From the human T2T-CHM13v2.0 reference genome, Homo sapiens: a stretch of 64,000 nucleotides of DNA. Location: NCBI RefSeq assembly GCF_009914755.1, contig NC_060940.1, one strand, 5' to 3'. Both the position numbers and the translations under genes were made by a program. Shown here one piece after another: positions 15,643 through 31,024 of the stretch. The first letter of the stretch is position 1. Each line of letters starts with the position of its first letter. The notes beneath the pieces were generated by a model that saw only the letters and a program-made list of their open reading frames with translations, did not search any database and was not told the origin of the DNA.

Positions 15643-15947
15643 GCCAGGTGTGGTCGCTCATGCCTACAGTCCCAGCACTCTGGGAGGCCAAGGCAGGAGG
15701 ACTGCTTGAGCCCAGGGGTTCGAGACCAGCCTGGACAATGGGGCAAAACCCCATTCTCCACACACACACAAAAAAAACCACAAAAATTAGCCAGATGTGG
15801 TGGCTTCAGACTATAGTCTCAGTTATTAGGGAGGCTGAGGTGAGAGGATTGACTGAGCCCAGGAAGTCAAGTCTGCAGTGAGCCACGATTGCACCATTGT
15901 ACTCACTCCAGCTTGGGCAACACAGCAAGACCCTATCTCGAAAAAAA
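15643..15947 (+). mobile_element. AluJ
   Basis: Alu dimer. Confidence 0.88.
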
Positions 15948-17059
15948 TCCTTCTCTCAAGTTTAATTTGGATTACCAAGTAGGAGAGGAGGCTTGGGTCA
16001 ATATTCCCCATGAAAGCAAAGGTGATGACAGGGTCACAGGCGAGCTGAGTTAATCTATTTAATGATATCTGATAGTTTTCAATAATTCAGCTCCCAGCTG
16101 ATAGACAAATGTTACAAACAACTCCCTAACCATGGCGAGGGGATTTATCTGAGCACATTTGGAATTTAGGATCACTTAAAAGGGGAAATAAATAACAGTC
16201 CGCTTTTCACTGCTGGCCTCCACGTGGCAATAATTTACCAGCATTCCTTGAGTCCCAGCAGCTTTGCAGCTCTCGGCCTTTAATCTAGAAGCCAAGCTCT
16301 GGCTCAAAGCCACGCCTCTAATGGATGAATCAGCAAAATGAATTGGCTGTCAACTGTGTCCTCCAGCTATTCCAGCTCGCCTGTCAGAAGCAGCATGTAG
16401 CAGGCTGCTGGGTAAAACTAACCTTTTCCAAATTTGTCAGGGAAATGATTCAAGGCAATCTATCGGTCTTGCCACTTTGTGAAAGCCACTGGGGAACCAA
16501 ATGTGCTAAGAGTCCTCCCTGTTTCCCTGGAGGTGAGTGGGAGCAGTTCCCTCACATAAGAGTCTCAAACACTCCGGCTTCACTGTGCCCAAGAACAGCA
16601 CGGTCCGGGGTGGTCCAGTCTGATCCCAACCGGCCCACCCGGGGCATCCGGTGGAAGTCTTCGCCGGAGGATCCGAAGGCAGCATCAACGCGGTTGTCTC
16701 TTGACACTGCACACAGCATAGCATTTAATCTTCGGATGTTCTAGTCACCACACAAATAAAGAGACTGAGCATCGGAGAAACTAAACAGCTTGCCTGAGGT
16801 CTTGTAGGTAAGCAACAAAGCTGGCTTGAAACCAGGATGTGGCATTTATATATACATTTTAACAATGTTAATACTGCCACATGCCTGCTGTGTATTTATA
16901 TGCATTTTGTTTATGTAGGTTGACAATTAGCTTATAAAATGCTTCCTGTATTAAGGAATTACTTAAAATGTTTAGACTTTATTGTTTTTTAAAGAACTTT
17001 CCACTACTGTCAAGCAAAGACTTTCCAACTAAGTTGATGCATTATGTTTATGAAGAGGA

Positions 17060-19050
<1,991 letters not shown>

Positions 19051-19445
19051 TTACCCTGTCCAACTACTAAAGGCCATTTCCAATACAATCTGCTTAAGTG
19101 AGAAGGTCTCTTTAAGATTAGCTCAAACTTACTCCTGTTTCAATGTCTTCGGTCACATGGAAGTGGAGCCCCTGAGTGGGACACATGTGGTGTAAATGCG
19201 TACTGCAACTCAGATGCCAGACTTCAGCCTTGCTCGGTGGCTAAGGGCATTTTTGCAGTCTGCTTCTTAGAGGGTTGAAACCAGTTTATTGTAGCAACTG
19301 TTTGTGGGTGGGGAGAGTGTACTAGGAAACTGCTGAAGCAGTTACACACCATTAGTCCTGCATTTTTTGCCATGGCCACTCTCAGCAAACATCAAGTTCT
19401 CAATGTCTAAGGGAATTGCCTATATTCGTATTAACCCAATGGTTA

Positions 19446-19780
<335 letters not shown>

Positions 19781-19809
19781 CTATTTCCTCTGTTAGCACA
19801 GAAAATCCT

Positions 19810-19935
19810 GTCAGCATTATCCTGGCTTTATAGATAAGGACACTGAGACTCATAAAAAGGGACTGGCCCAAGGTCCCAAAGATTACATGTGTAGGCTGGG
19901 ACCCCAACCAAAGCCTACATTCTTTCCACGACACC
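19810..19935 (-). mobile_element. MIR
   Basis: gataaggacactgagactca...gcccaaggtc. Confidence 0.55.
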
Positions 19936-20812
19936 ACATGCACTGGAAGGCACCCGGTTTGTGTCATGCAGAGTTAACACAGGCATACATCTGTCTGCAA
20001 GGAAGCAGTGTGTCCATCTCTCCACCCAACAGCCTTGTGCAAACGCTGGAAGGAGTCCCTGTGTGATAACCTGGTGTGTTACTCCACAATCAGAAGTGAT
20101 GTGTGCCAAGAGTGGCCTCTGCCTACTTCACAGGCCCAAATCCTACTCCTCTAATGCCAGTGTGTGCCTTAATGTCAAAGACGCCCTCTCTGACACCCTT
20201 TAAGATGGCCTCTCCTTATTCCCCTCAGAGCACCCACCAGCGTGAGGCCCTAAATCACCACATTGTCATTCAGGATTGTCACCCCAAGCCTGGATGACAC
20301 TAAAGGTTGCTTTGTGTTTGTTTGCTTATTTAAATATGAATATATTAAATACAAAAGTTTTTTCATATTCCATAAAGTTTGATCAAGTTTAAATTTACAA
20401 CAGATGGACAGCCTCTCCAATTTACCAGATAAGAGAATGGAGGGTTTTATCAGATTTTGCAAAAGGGCAAGCTTTAAAAATCTTTAAAGAAAGATATTAA
20501 AAATCAAGGAAAACAGAAACACCCAACCCTAATGGTCATTATGAACATTTTCCTGTGTTCAGAAAAATGATCTCAGATGTATTTCCCCTTAACCCATCTA
20601 AGGAACTAGGCAGATACTAAGTTGGAAACAGGAATCAGTGATCTAACAGAAACATGGTAAAATGAAGGTATTTCCAACATGCCCAAAGAAGTAAAAATGG
20701 GGAGGCAAGCCCAGAAAATGACAGCCTTCCTTTCCACCCTCTCTAGTCCATCCTTACCCTGCTGACATGATCCATTCTATTCTGTTAAACCCTTCGGCAT
20801 CCAAGATAAAGT

Positions 20813-20855
20813 GCAAACTTGCTGGTACACCCAACTGGTGTACCAGCAAGTTTGC
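20813..20855. repeat. Perfect 19-bp inverted repeat with 5-nt spacer
   Basis: GCAAACTTGCTGGTACACC-caact-GGTGTACCAGCAAGTTTGC. Confidence 0.95.
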
Positions 20856-21049
20856 CTCAATAATAACCCAGCTCTGTCCAGCCCTCTCATCTCAATTCTG
20901 TTTTCCCACATTTAGCTGTTGTCTTCTGAACAGGACCAGGTGCTCTCTGAGGGAAGGGATTATACATTATTCATTTCTGTAGCACCTAGGGTTTATCATA
21001 GTAGTTTTCCAGGAATTCAACATATGATCATAGGAAGAAACAAAACTTC

Positions 21050-21350
21050 AGGCCAGGCATAGTGGCTCATGCCTGTAAGCCCTGCACCTTGAGAGGCCCA
21101 GGTGGGAGGATCGCTTAAGCCCAGGAATTTGAGACCAGCCTGGACAACATAGTGTGACCCCCATCTCTACAACATAAAACATAAAAATAAATTAGCTGGG
21201 TGTGGTGGTGCACACCTATAGTCCCAGCTACTCAGAAGGCTGAAGTGGGAGGATCACTTGAGCCAGCAAGGTTGAGGCTGCAGTAAGCCAAGACTGCACC
21301 ACTATATTCCAGCCTGCGCAAGAGAGTAAGACCCTATCTCAAAAAAAAAG
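21050..21350 (+). mobile_element. AluJ
   Basis: Alu dimer. Confidence 0.9.
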
Positions 21351-22374
21351 GAAAATAAATAAGTAAACAAATAAATGAATGAATGAATAAAAAACAGCTT
21401 TTATGTCTGCTGGCAGCCTGTCTCCACTCAAGAGAAAAAACAAGCCAGAATGAGGATACAAACTTATACATTTTTCAGTTAAAAATCCCATGTTGAAGCC
21501 TGGTATGTGAAAAAAGTGCCTGGACTGGAAACTGGAGGCCCTGGCTCTGGCTCGAACGGGTAGTTTTGCCTGGGCAGGAAACAGGCCACCGTCACTGATA
21601 GCAGAGGCTAACCCACCTGCCTGCTCACACCCTTGGGAGCCAGAGCTTGGGATTCCTTGTCCTTCATGCTTCCTTTCATATCGTGGGTGTTTCTCCAACA
21701 AAGGCTAATTATGTTTTTTAAAAAGTCCTGAGGCTGAAAGAGTAGAAACTAGGGCAGTGAAAGAGATCTGAGCCCCGTAAAGGGGACAGACAAAACTAGG
21801 GAAGATAGTGGAGGACGGCATTCCTTCCTCTCTGCTTTCTCAGGGCCTCCATGGCAGCGCCTGACCCATGAGATGCACTCAGGAAAGGAAAGGAAATGAA
21901 TCAAGGAAAGGAAGCAGGCTCAGAGGGCTATGCTTACAGAGACACAGAGTGCAGAGGAACCTGGGAGAGCCGTGAGGTGTTTACAGACAGCTTCCACAGA
22001 TCCCACCGCCTGGACCCTCACCATGGTGAGGGCAGGTGCTGTTATCAGTGCTTCACTGACGAGGCAGAGAGAAAGTTCCATCGGCACCCAACTAGGATGT
22101 AGCAGAACAGGGCAGAGTGTGATCTTGGTTCTGTTACCTAGAGCAAGTCAGGCCCTCTACTCTGCTACCTCCCCATCCTTCCCCTCAATTAAATATGGAC
22201 AGGCATGCACACTGGCCACTGTTCCCATGTGTCACTTCACTTTACAGTTCTCCAATTGAGGCCACGGAAGCAGCAAAGAAAACAGTCTTTACAAACTAGA
22301 CATGAAAATAATGGTGATGTTTAATTATTTAAAACCTACCCAAACGGAAGCCACAAAGTCAAATGGGAAAACCA

Positions 22375-22560
22375 CAGGCTCTGAGGCCACACAGGCCTGG
22401 GTTAGAATCCTGCCCAAACCTTAAGTTGTGTGGGGTGAGTTACCTGCCTCCCTGGACTTCTCTTTCCTTATCCATAAAACAGACATCTCCACCTACCTTA
22501 CAAAGCTTTTATCACAGGGCCTGAGACACAGTAGGTGCTTAATTAACAAGGTTACTGCTG
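22375..22560 (+). mobile_element. MIR
   Basis: gcctgggttagaatcctg...ttccttatccataaaa...cacagtaggtgctt. Confidence 0.6.
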
Positions 22561-22780
22561 TTAAATCACAAATATATAATTCAGACAAAAAGAACTTTGC
22601 CAAAGCCAATATAAGACATTCCATTGCTCTGCATATTCTCAAACAACAATAAAAAAAAAGAAACCATTATTTAAAAGTCTGAACTATAAATTTCAAAATT
22701 TTCCGAGACCAAAATTAGTTAATTGATTTTCTCCCAACTCTCCTGAAACCACCTGTTAAAACATTCATCTCATTCATTCA

Positions 22781-23083
22781 TTTATTATTTATTTATTTTT
22801 GAGACAGGGTCTCTCGCTCTGTTCCCCAGGCTGGAGTGCAGTGGTGCAATCACGGCTCACTGTAGCCTCGAGTTTCTGGGCTCAAGCAATCCTCCCACCT
22901 CAGCCTCCTGAGTAGCTGGGACTACAGGTGCATGCTACAACACCTGGCTGATTTTTGTATTTTCTGTAAAGACAAGGTTTTGCCATGTTGTCCAGGCTGT
23001 TCTCAAACTCCTGGGCACAAGCGATCCACCCATGTTGGCCTCTCAAAGGGCTGAAATTACAGGCATGAACCACTGTGCCCAGC
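22781..23083 (-). mobile_element. AluJ
   Basis: Reverse-complement Alu; TSD catctcattca. Confidence 0.9.
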
Positions 23084-23546
23084 CATCTCATTCAATAAAC
23101 ACTGGCACTGGGTACTGGGATGCAGCAGTGGGAAGCAGAGATTCCCTGATCCTAAGAAGCCTGCAATCTGGAGGAAGAGTAAAGGAGGCGAAAAGACTGG
23201 TAGAGCAACACCAAGTAGGCAGGTATCTAGGTGGGAAATGATAATCTCAACATGAGCAGGGGCAGCAGCAAAGGCGACAATAAATACAAGCTATTAACAG
23301 GCTGACTGAGAGGTGGAAGAGCTACTGCTTAGGCTGTAAGTTCCTATGGCCCAAGCCAATTGCCTCAGCATTGAATGAATGATGTCACTAAGGAACCCTG
23401 CTTTGATTAGCCAGCCTGGTGTTTTTCTTTTTCTTCTTCATGGTTTCAGGCTGAAAAGTCAGTCAAAAATTATTAAAGCCACCATTTACTAAGTACTTAC
23501 TATAATGCTTGTAAAGAACTATGCTAACTACTTTCCAAACAAATAC

Positions 23547-23781
23547 AGTTGACCCTCGAACAATCTGTGTTTGAACTGCATGGGTCCGCCTATATGCAGA
23601 TTATTTTTCAACCCAACACATCTTGAAAACACAGTCTCTGAGGGATTTGAAACCTGCCTACACGGAGGGCCTCTCATACCCACACGTTCTGCAGGACTGA
23701 CTGGGGGACCTGAGTACGTGAGAATTTTGGTATACTCAGGGGTCCTGGAACCAGTCTCTCATGGACATTAATGAACGCCTG
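23547..23781 (-). mobile_element. MER8 (TcMar-Tigger)
   Basis: cagttgaccctcgaacaa...ggggtcctggaacca...ctg with TA flanks. Confidence 0.78.
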
Positions 23782-23799
23782 TATATTTCAATCTCACTT

Positions 23800-24770
23800 G
23801 TTCATTTATTCATCTATCCATTCATTCATGAACAAACTATCTTCTAAAACTAGGCAACTGAGGCTGAGAGTGAAATCAGAGAGACAAAGCCCAGTACTCA
23901 AGGAGAGAAAGAGAGCACAGACCATCACCCACGGGCTGAGGGTTAGAAAAGGAGCTTGCTCTGGAGTTTCCCATGGGGAAATGACCACACCTGGGGCTCA
24001 GAAAAATTTCCCTAAGGAAAAGACACTCAGGTCTTTCTTGAGACTTGAGGGTTGGGAGAGCAGGTAGTGTAGAAATTCTGGAGGTGGGGAACTGTGATCC
24101 AGGCAGAAGGAATATGATGAGGTGACTCATCTGAGAGAGGAACACAGTCTAGACTAAGGATGAATGACCGTAATAGTGAATCCTAAGGAGGAAGCAGGAG
24201 AAGGGCCGGCGGTGCAGCCGGAACGATGCGCAGAGGAGCGCCACACTGAGGAGTTCAGTCAGGAGGGCCTTGTGGTCAGATCTCCTCCTCCTGACAAAGA
24301 TTCCGGGAGATCAGCAGGACGCCAGGGTAATAAATATGGAGAGAAAGGGCGGTGGCTTGTTAGGATGGAAGAGGTGGGGACACAGAGAAACTACACAGTT
24401 CTCCGAGTCCTAGCCTGGGCAGTGCAGGGTTGTGCCATCTGGGACCAGGGAACAAGATAGTGGGAACACAGGAATGGGGTAGATGGTGGCTTTGAAGTAC
24501 CTGGGAAACATCGGTGGAAATGTGGGATGGGCAGAGAGAATACATTTGGGAATCACTGGCATGAAGGTGGTGTGAGCCCTGAGAAAGAATGGAATTGCTG
24601 AGGAGAAGGTGCAGAGTAAACACAGAAGCCTCCAGACTGAACTTAGGAGCACCGGCCTTTAATCCTCGTATGGATGGGGAGGGCAGTCATGAAAGCCTGG
24701 GAAGCTGTGGCCTGAAAAGGAGAAGGGCAAACCTAGGGATTTAAGAAAACATTGCTTCAAGGAGGAAGAA
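23800..24770 (-). mobile_element. L2 fragments
   Basis: (ttca)n 3' end and tttgggaatcactggcatgaaggtgg L2 motifs. Confidence 0.55.
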
Positions 24771-24772
24771 GA

Positions 24773-25050
24773 GGCCAGGCATGGTGGCTCATGCCCGTAG
24801 TCGCCAGCACTTTGGGAGGACAAGGCGAGAGGATCACTCGAGTTCACGGGTTTGAGGCCAGCCTAGGCAACACATACCCCTCAATGTCCACTAAAAAAAA
24901 AAATTAGCTAGGCATGGTGGTGCGCACCTGTAGTCCCAGCTACTCAGGAGGATCGTGAGCCCAGGAGTTTGAGGCTGTAGTGAGCTATGACCACACCACT
25001 GCATTCCACATTCCAGCCTGGACCACAGAGCAAGACTCTGTCTCCAAAAA
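24773..25050 (+). mobile_element. AluJ
   Basis: Degenerate Alu dimer. Confidence 0.85.
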
Positions 25051-27303
25051 ACAGAGGTCAGAGTACTGAGCACTCAGGCAAGGTGAGAAGACTGCCTGGT
25101 GGGTGTGGCAAAGGGGTCAGAGGGTCTTCAGTAAGAACAGGCTCTGTGGTGTGGGGACCACAGCGAGAGGAGAGTGAGCGAGGAACCACGGTAAGGGTGG
25201 TGACTGCAGACGCCTCGAATTCCGAAAAGGAAGGAAAGATTTGGGAGAAGAGGCGAGCTGGGGTTGTGGGAGTTCTTTTGAACAGGTGGAAGGAATTCTG
25301 CCCATGGGTGGGCATGGATAAAATGTAGCACAAGGCCCCTGAGAAGGGACTTGGAGCACATGGTGGGGACACATGTCTGACAGAGGCACAGAAGGAGGGA
25401 GGTGTGTGCGCGGACAGCTTTGTGAATCTGGGGGCAGGAAGTCGCACCTGGAAGTTCACTGTTTCCTCTGAAGAGGGGTCGAGGTCAGGGGAGGGGAGGG
25501 ATCTTCCCAAAAGCACCAGGGCTGGAACCTGGGAAGACAGGAAGAGCAGAAGAGGCCATGGAGCTGGTACCTGATAAGGTCCCTGCCAGAGATGTGACCT
25601 TCCAACTAGTGCTAACAATCTGCCCAATGCTCTTTTCCTCCTCAAAACCACCCCACAAAGTGGGTAACAATTCTCCTTCCATGGCCAGGCAAACAGGGGC
25701 CGAGAGAGGTTGAGTGGCCTGCTGAAGATGGCGATTCTGACAGCAGGGCTGGGGTGTGAAGCCCGAGCTCCCTGACCCTGACGCATGCTTCTGATGACAA
25801 CTTTAACCTGCCCCTCAAAGCAGTCAACAAAGCCTCTGCGCTCACACCCAGCCCAACACAAAAAAGGGCTTTCCCAAGTGCTGACACAGCAGCTTAAAAA
25901 GTGGGTAGTGAAGTGCAGAAGGTAAGAAGGAATTTATGATGGCATCAAGTAGAAGCAGATGGGAGTTTGGCAAAAAGTTTAGAACTATTACTTAAAGAAA
26001 AAAAAAGAAGAAACCCTTCTTTTTTTAAAAGATGAAACACAACTTAAAATAGACTTGGGAAGCAATTCCATACTTAACAGTCTTGAGGAAGTTGACAGAC
26101 AGCTGAAAGACCTAAGCAATTTACAACATTCTTCACACTTCATGGCAGAAAATTAAGATTGATGTCTCAACTACACAAGAATAATTTAAGGTAAAATCAA
26201 AGATCTGCTAGATCATGTGAAATGGCAGATCCTAAACGTCAAGAACTCTGAATAAATTCCACTCCAGGGAAGACTAAATAGTACACGGCTTAGTTAATAC
26301 TATATCTTTAAGGTCTGCTTATTACATATTACAAAGAAGTACAAACAGATACCAATCATGGTTTATAGGGAGGTTACTAAGCACCAGGTTCTCTACTATC
26401 TCTAATCCTAATACATTATTCTATATCCTAAAACATTAATCTATTTTCTTCCATCTTTAATCCTACCCCTGTAAAGCAGTCTTATTTTGAATACGACAGA
26501 ACAGTGCCTGAGACATGTTAAAATAACTTGCCTGATGTCACCGTGCTGGACTGCCGTGCACAGCCAGTATTTAACCCGTTGTTGACGCCCCTTCCCCTGC
26601 CTGAGGGATTCCCAATTTAATGCCAGCATACAGCCTGCAATAGGTTTTAAATTGCAACAGTATCACTAAACAATACCTACTTTTACTACATGAAACCCAC
26701 TCTCATACGTCCTTTTCTTCGACTTTCTCCCCTCTTTTTTTTAAATGCTGGTATCTACCAGCATTGATTTCCTGACCCACTAAACAAGCCCTGCCTGACC
26801 TGAACTCTATAACACAACACAGCTCATTGACACCCACCATTCAAAACAGCATTTCTATGTGACAATGTGCTTTGTGTTCTAAAAGGTTAATCAACAAAAG
26901 AACGTTTAGGACACAATCTCTTCACAGCCTGCGTGTAACTGAAGCACTGGCTGGAGGTAGTGGCTGCATCTACAGATTCAAGTTGGGTCCTTTCACCTGG
27001 ACTAGTTCTCAGGAACTTCAGATGCCAGGTACAAATATATACCTAATAGGCACACACACCACCTGCATCAAGACAACACTTTTGGACCTAGCTAACTTTG
27101 GCAACTTGTTGGGCTGTTTATGAAGTATTAAATCTGCCACAACATTAGTGATACGGTGATAAAGCACAGTGCTCCATGTTTCTTCTACTTCCCATAGCCA
27201 CATACGCAAACAGCCTGACAGAGCAGCACATATTTTAAGGCTTACAGGTTTCAGTGGTTGAAAAGCTTAGTCTGTTTGTGTATAAGCTAATATAGGAGCT
27301 GCT

Positions 27304-27357
27304 GGGCTGCACTATTTACACTTTCATTAAGGGCTGCACTATTTACACTTTCATTAA
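27304..27357 (+). repeat. Perfect 27-bp tandem duplication
   Basis: (GGGCTGCACTATTTACACTTTCATTAA)2. Confidence 0.97.
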
Positions 27358-27410
27358 CTGTGTCTCTGTGGATGTTTTGAAGTGGTTTTCATCTGATAAA
27401 AGAATTTACT

Positions 27411-27727
<317 letters not shown>

Positions 27728-29298
27728 TCATGACTCAGCTTATTCATTAACCCAGTGAAACCCCGGAGGAGAGGAGGGGAACTGGAGAGAGAAAGAGAAT
27801 GATGGGCAGCCAGGCAGAGCTGAGCTAGCTCACCTGCGAGGTGAGTCATGGCCCCTGGGAGGGAGGGTGTCTGTCACCAAAAGCAGCCTCTCCCAACCTA
27901 TTAGAGAGTCACAGAAATTCCGTATCAATAGTAAATGGGACAATTTTGTCTCTGGTTCCCTTTAACCGTCCCTTGCCATGCTCCTAGCATTGGAAGCACT
28001 CAGCACTTTCCTGATGGTGCCAGGATGCTGCGCTATGAACATGAGTCCTCTTCCTAGGCCTGCCTCTCACCTCTTCCCACCTGCTAGCCCTGCAATCCAC
28101 CTACAGATGCAGAGCAGCTCCAGGACACATCATACACGATCTGTCACCACCAAGAAGGTTTGAAAAAATGCCAACACCACCTCCTTGAACACCAGGCCAG
28201 CTCCTCCGTGCCTTCATGGAGCCCTGTGCCTGTGCTTCCCATCCTCTGTGGAGAGAGAACAGTTTATTTTAAAGGAAGGGAATGAAATCCTCTCTCCAGA
28301 CTATGGGTTGCCTTGGGACGATGAAATTTACTTGTTGTAACTGGCAATATTTGACTTCGAAAAAGAGTTACACTTCTCCAAAAGGGAAATGGATAAAGAA
28401 TGAGGATGTTATTTTTATTTTCCACATCAATTTTACGCTTTGCCTTGATGAGATGATGTGCTCAATGACTAATTTATTTCATTGGTGAGTTCTGTCTAGA
28501 CCCTACACGCTGAAACCCTGAAGGTCACCAAATGTCCCCAAATGGTGGCGCAAATCTGAGTAAGAATTGTTTTGATTTTAAAGTCCCATCCTGCCTGGGC
28601 ATTTAACACAATGATTCTACACTTGTATTGTTGTTTCTGCTTTTAAATGACCACATCACTTCCTTGTGGATTTGGGATCTTAGGAGGACTATTCCAGCTC
28701 TTTATTTTCTTTTTCCTTAAGTAAGCTGCTTCCCTGTTACGGGGGCTGTTGCTGCTGACACCAGACCTAAAGACAGCATTCAGGTCTGAACTGGAGCAGG
28801 TTAGGCTGCTAGGAGAGGAAGCATGCTGAGTGACATTACTCTTGAGTCTAACACAGGTAATACAGGGGGATGGGAGAAGGAGAAAGTAGGGAGAGGGAGA
28901 GAGCGGGACAGAGAGAGGAAGTGGAAGGAGACAGTGAGCCTGCAGGGGAATCAGGGAGAGCGAACTTTTCCCATTTGCTGAGGAACTGCTTTTATTAATA
29001 GAAGGTGGCAACTCCCAAAATTCAAAGAAGTAACAAGTTCTTCACCACTCCTGGACATTAAAAGGATCTGTGAAATTCTTTGCCAGCAGGAGAATACGAT
29101 TTTTAAAAAAGTGATATTGACATTGTTCAGCTTTCCAGACTCAAGTCATTAAATCTCTAAATTGTTCTAAATATTCATTTTGCTTTCTACATTCTAAAAG
29201 TGTAGAGCTTTTTTGTCTATTTAAACATTCATTGTAAAAACCAACTGGTTAGATAAAAAAGTCAAGCCAAAAGAGAGAAATGTAAAAAACTAAAACAA

Positions 29299-29420
29299 GC
29301 CAGGTGCAGTGGCACGTGCCTGTAATCCCAGCTACTCAGGAGGAGGAGGCAGGAGGATCACTTGAGCCCAGGAGTTCAAGTCCAGCCTGGGAAACAAAGG
29401 GAACCCTGTCTCCAAAAAAT
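29299..29420 (+). mobile_element. FLAM / Alu monomer
   Basis: Monomer. Confidence 0.8.
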
Positions 29421-29632
29421 GTTTTAAATAAAAACAATATTAATACAATGGCAAGTGTGATATTATCACATGCCAAAGTATTTTTGAATATTTTATAACA
29501 TTGTATTTTAAAATTCTCAATGACCTGAGAGTTTCCTACAATGTCAAAATACTCAACACAAATTAGGAAACTGAAAAACAACTTCTGAAAGTCAGGTATA
29601 CAGAGAGAAGAACACAGAATGCTTTTTTTCAT

Positions 29633-29927
29633 TCTTTGTTTTTTGAGACAGTCTCACTCTGTCACTCAGGCTGGAGTGTAGTAGCACAACCACGGTTCAC
29701 TGCAGCCTCAACTTCCCAGGCTCAAGCAATCCTCCCACCTCAGCCTCTCAAGGAACTGGGACTACAAGAGCTTGCCACCATGTCCGGGTAATTTAAAAAT
29801 TTTTTTTGTAGAGGTGGGATCTTGCTACATTGCCAGGGCTGGTCTTGAACTCCTGGGCTTAAGGAATTCTCCTGCCTCAGCCTCCCAAAGTGCTGGGATT
29901 ACAGGCATGAGCTGCTGTGCCCAGGCT
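29633..29927 (-). mobile_element. AluJ
   Basis: Reverse-complement Alu dimer. Confidence 0.9.
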
Positions 29928-29957
29928 AGAATGGTTTCTGTAAACTTTATCTTTTAC

Positions 29958-30124
29958 TTTTTTTGTTTTGTTTTGTTTTTTTAAGACAGGGTCTCACTAT
30001 GTTACCCAGGCTGGAGTGCAGTGGCTATTCACAGGTGTGACCATAGCTCACTGGAGCCTCAAACTCCTGGACTCAAGCAACCCTCCCGAGCAGCCAGGGC
30101 TATAGGCACGTGCCACCAAGCCTG
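29958..30124 (-). mobile_element. FAM/FLAM monomer
   Basis: gctattcacaggtgtg diagnostic segment. Confidence 0.75.
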
Positions 30125-30728
30125 CCTACACTTGTGGATTTTATAAAGTACTCTCTACATTTCTTTCCCTAGAAAAAAATATTACCACCCTTTAGATTCT
30201 AATTCTAAAGTGCTACATCTAATACCTCTAACATAAGTAAAGTCTCATTTTAAAGCATGTCCAATGAATAAATTTGCTTCTACTGCCTTTGCATATGCTA
30301 AGATTTTGATGGAGGAAAAAAAAAGTACCTGAAAGCAGCTTTCATGGAACCCAGCTATAAAGCTCCACAAACCCCATTTTTCCAGTGAGCTCACAGATAG
30401 TACCCTGTGCCCTATGTCAGCTTAGGGCAGCAGTTAGAGGCCTTTACCAACAGAAAAGAAAAAGCCTAGCTTGCTTCTAAGGCTACATACATCCAGATCT
30501 GTTCCACCAAAATCAAATCTGTGGCAAGGAGGTCCATGGCTACAGATTCTTCTGCTATGAGGCACCCAGGGAAATAGTCCAGAGGTCTGAATTGCAAACA
30601 AAATAATTTTAACTAATATAAAAAAGACCATCTGTTCAGTAACTAATTCCCTTGAGGACATGATATGGAAGTCAACTATCCAGCTTCCACCTTTACATAG
30701 TATATAAATGAGAAGAGAAAAGCGAGCA

Positions 30729-31024
30729 GGTTGGGTGCAGTGGCTCACGTCTGTATCTTAACACTTTTGGATTATTTGAGCCTGCCCAGGAGTTAGAGAC
30801 CAGCCTGGGCAAAACAGTAAAACCCCATCTTTACAAAAAAAAACAAAAAACAAACAAAAAAACAATAATAATAATAATAATAATAATTAGTCTGGAGTGG
30901 TGGTGTGCGCCTATAGTCCCAGCTACTTGGGACGCTGAGGTGGGAGGATCACTTGATTGCGCCACTGCACTCCAGCCTGGGACAAAGCAAGACTGTCCAA
31001 AAAAAAAAAAAAAAAAAAAAAAAA
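30729..31024 (+). mobile_element. AluJ with internal deletions, (AAT)n linker and long A tail
   Basis: Alu dimer. Confidence 0.85.

Noticed and set aside
16325-16744. 139-aa ATG ORF antisense to PARN
   Set aside because: No homology recognised and no transcript evidence in the sequence
25058-25861. Longest ORF (267 aa, minus strand)
   Set aside because: Non-ATG start, no recognisable domain, partly L2-derived; a chance ORF in a purine-skewed region
27828-27848. Palindromic pair of splice donors (ctcacct-gcg-aggtgag)
   Set aside because: A 7-bp stem is expected by chance, and no partner acceptor can be supported
28535-28553. CTCF-like motif ccaaatggtggcgc
   Set aside because: Three mismatches in the core consensus
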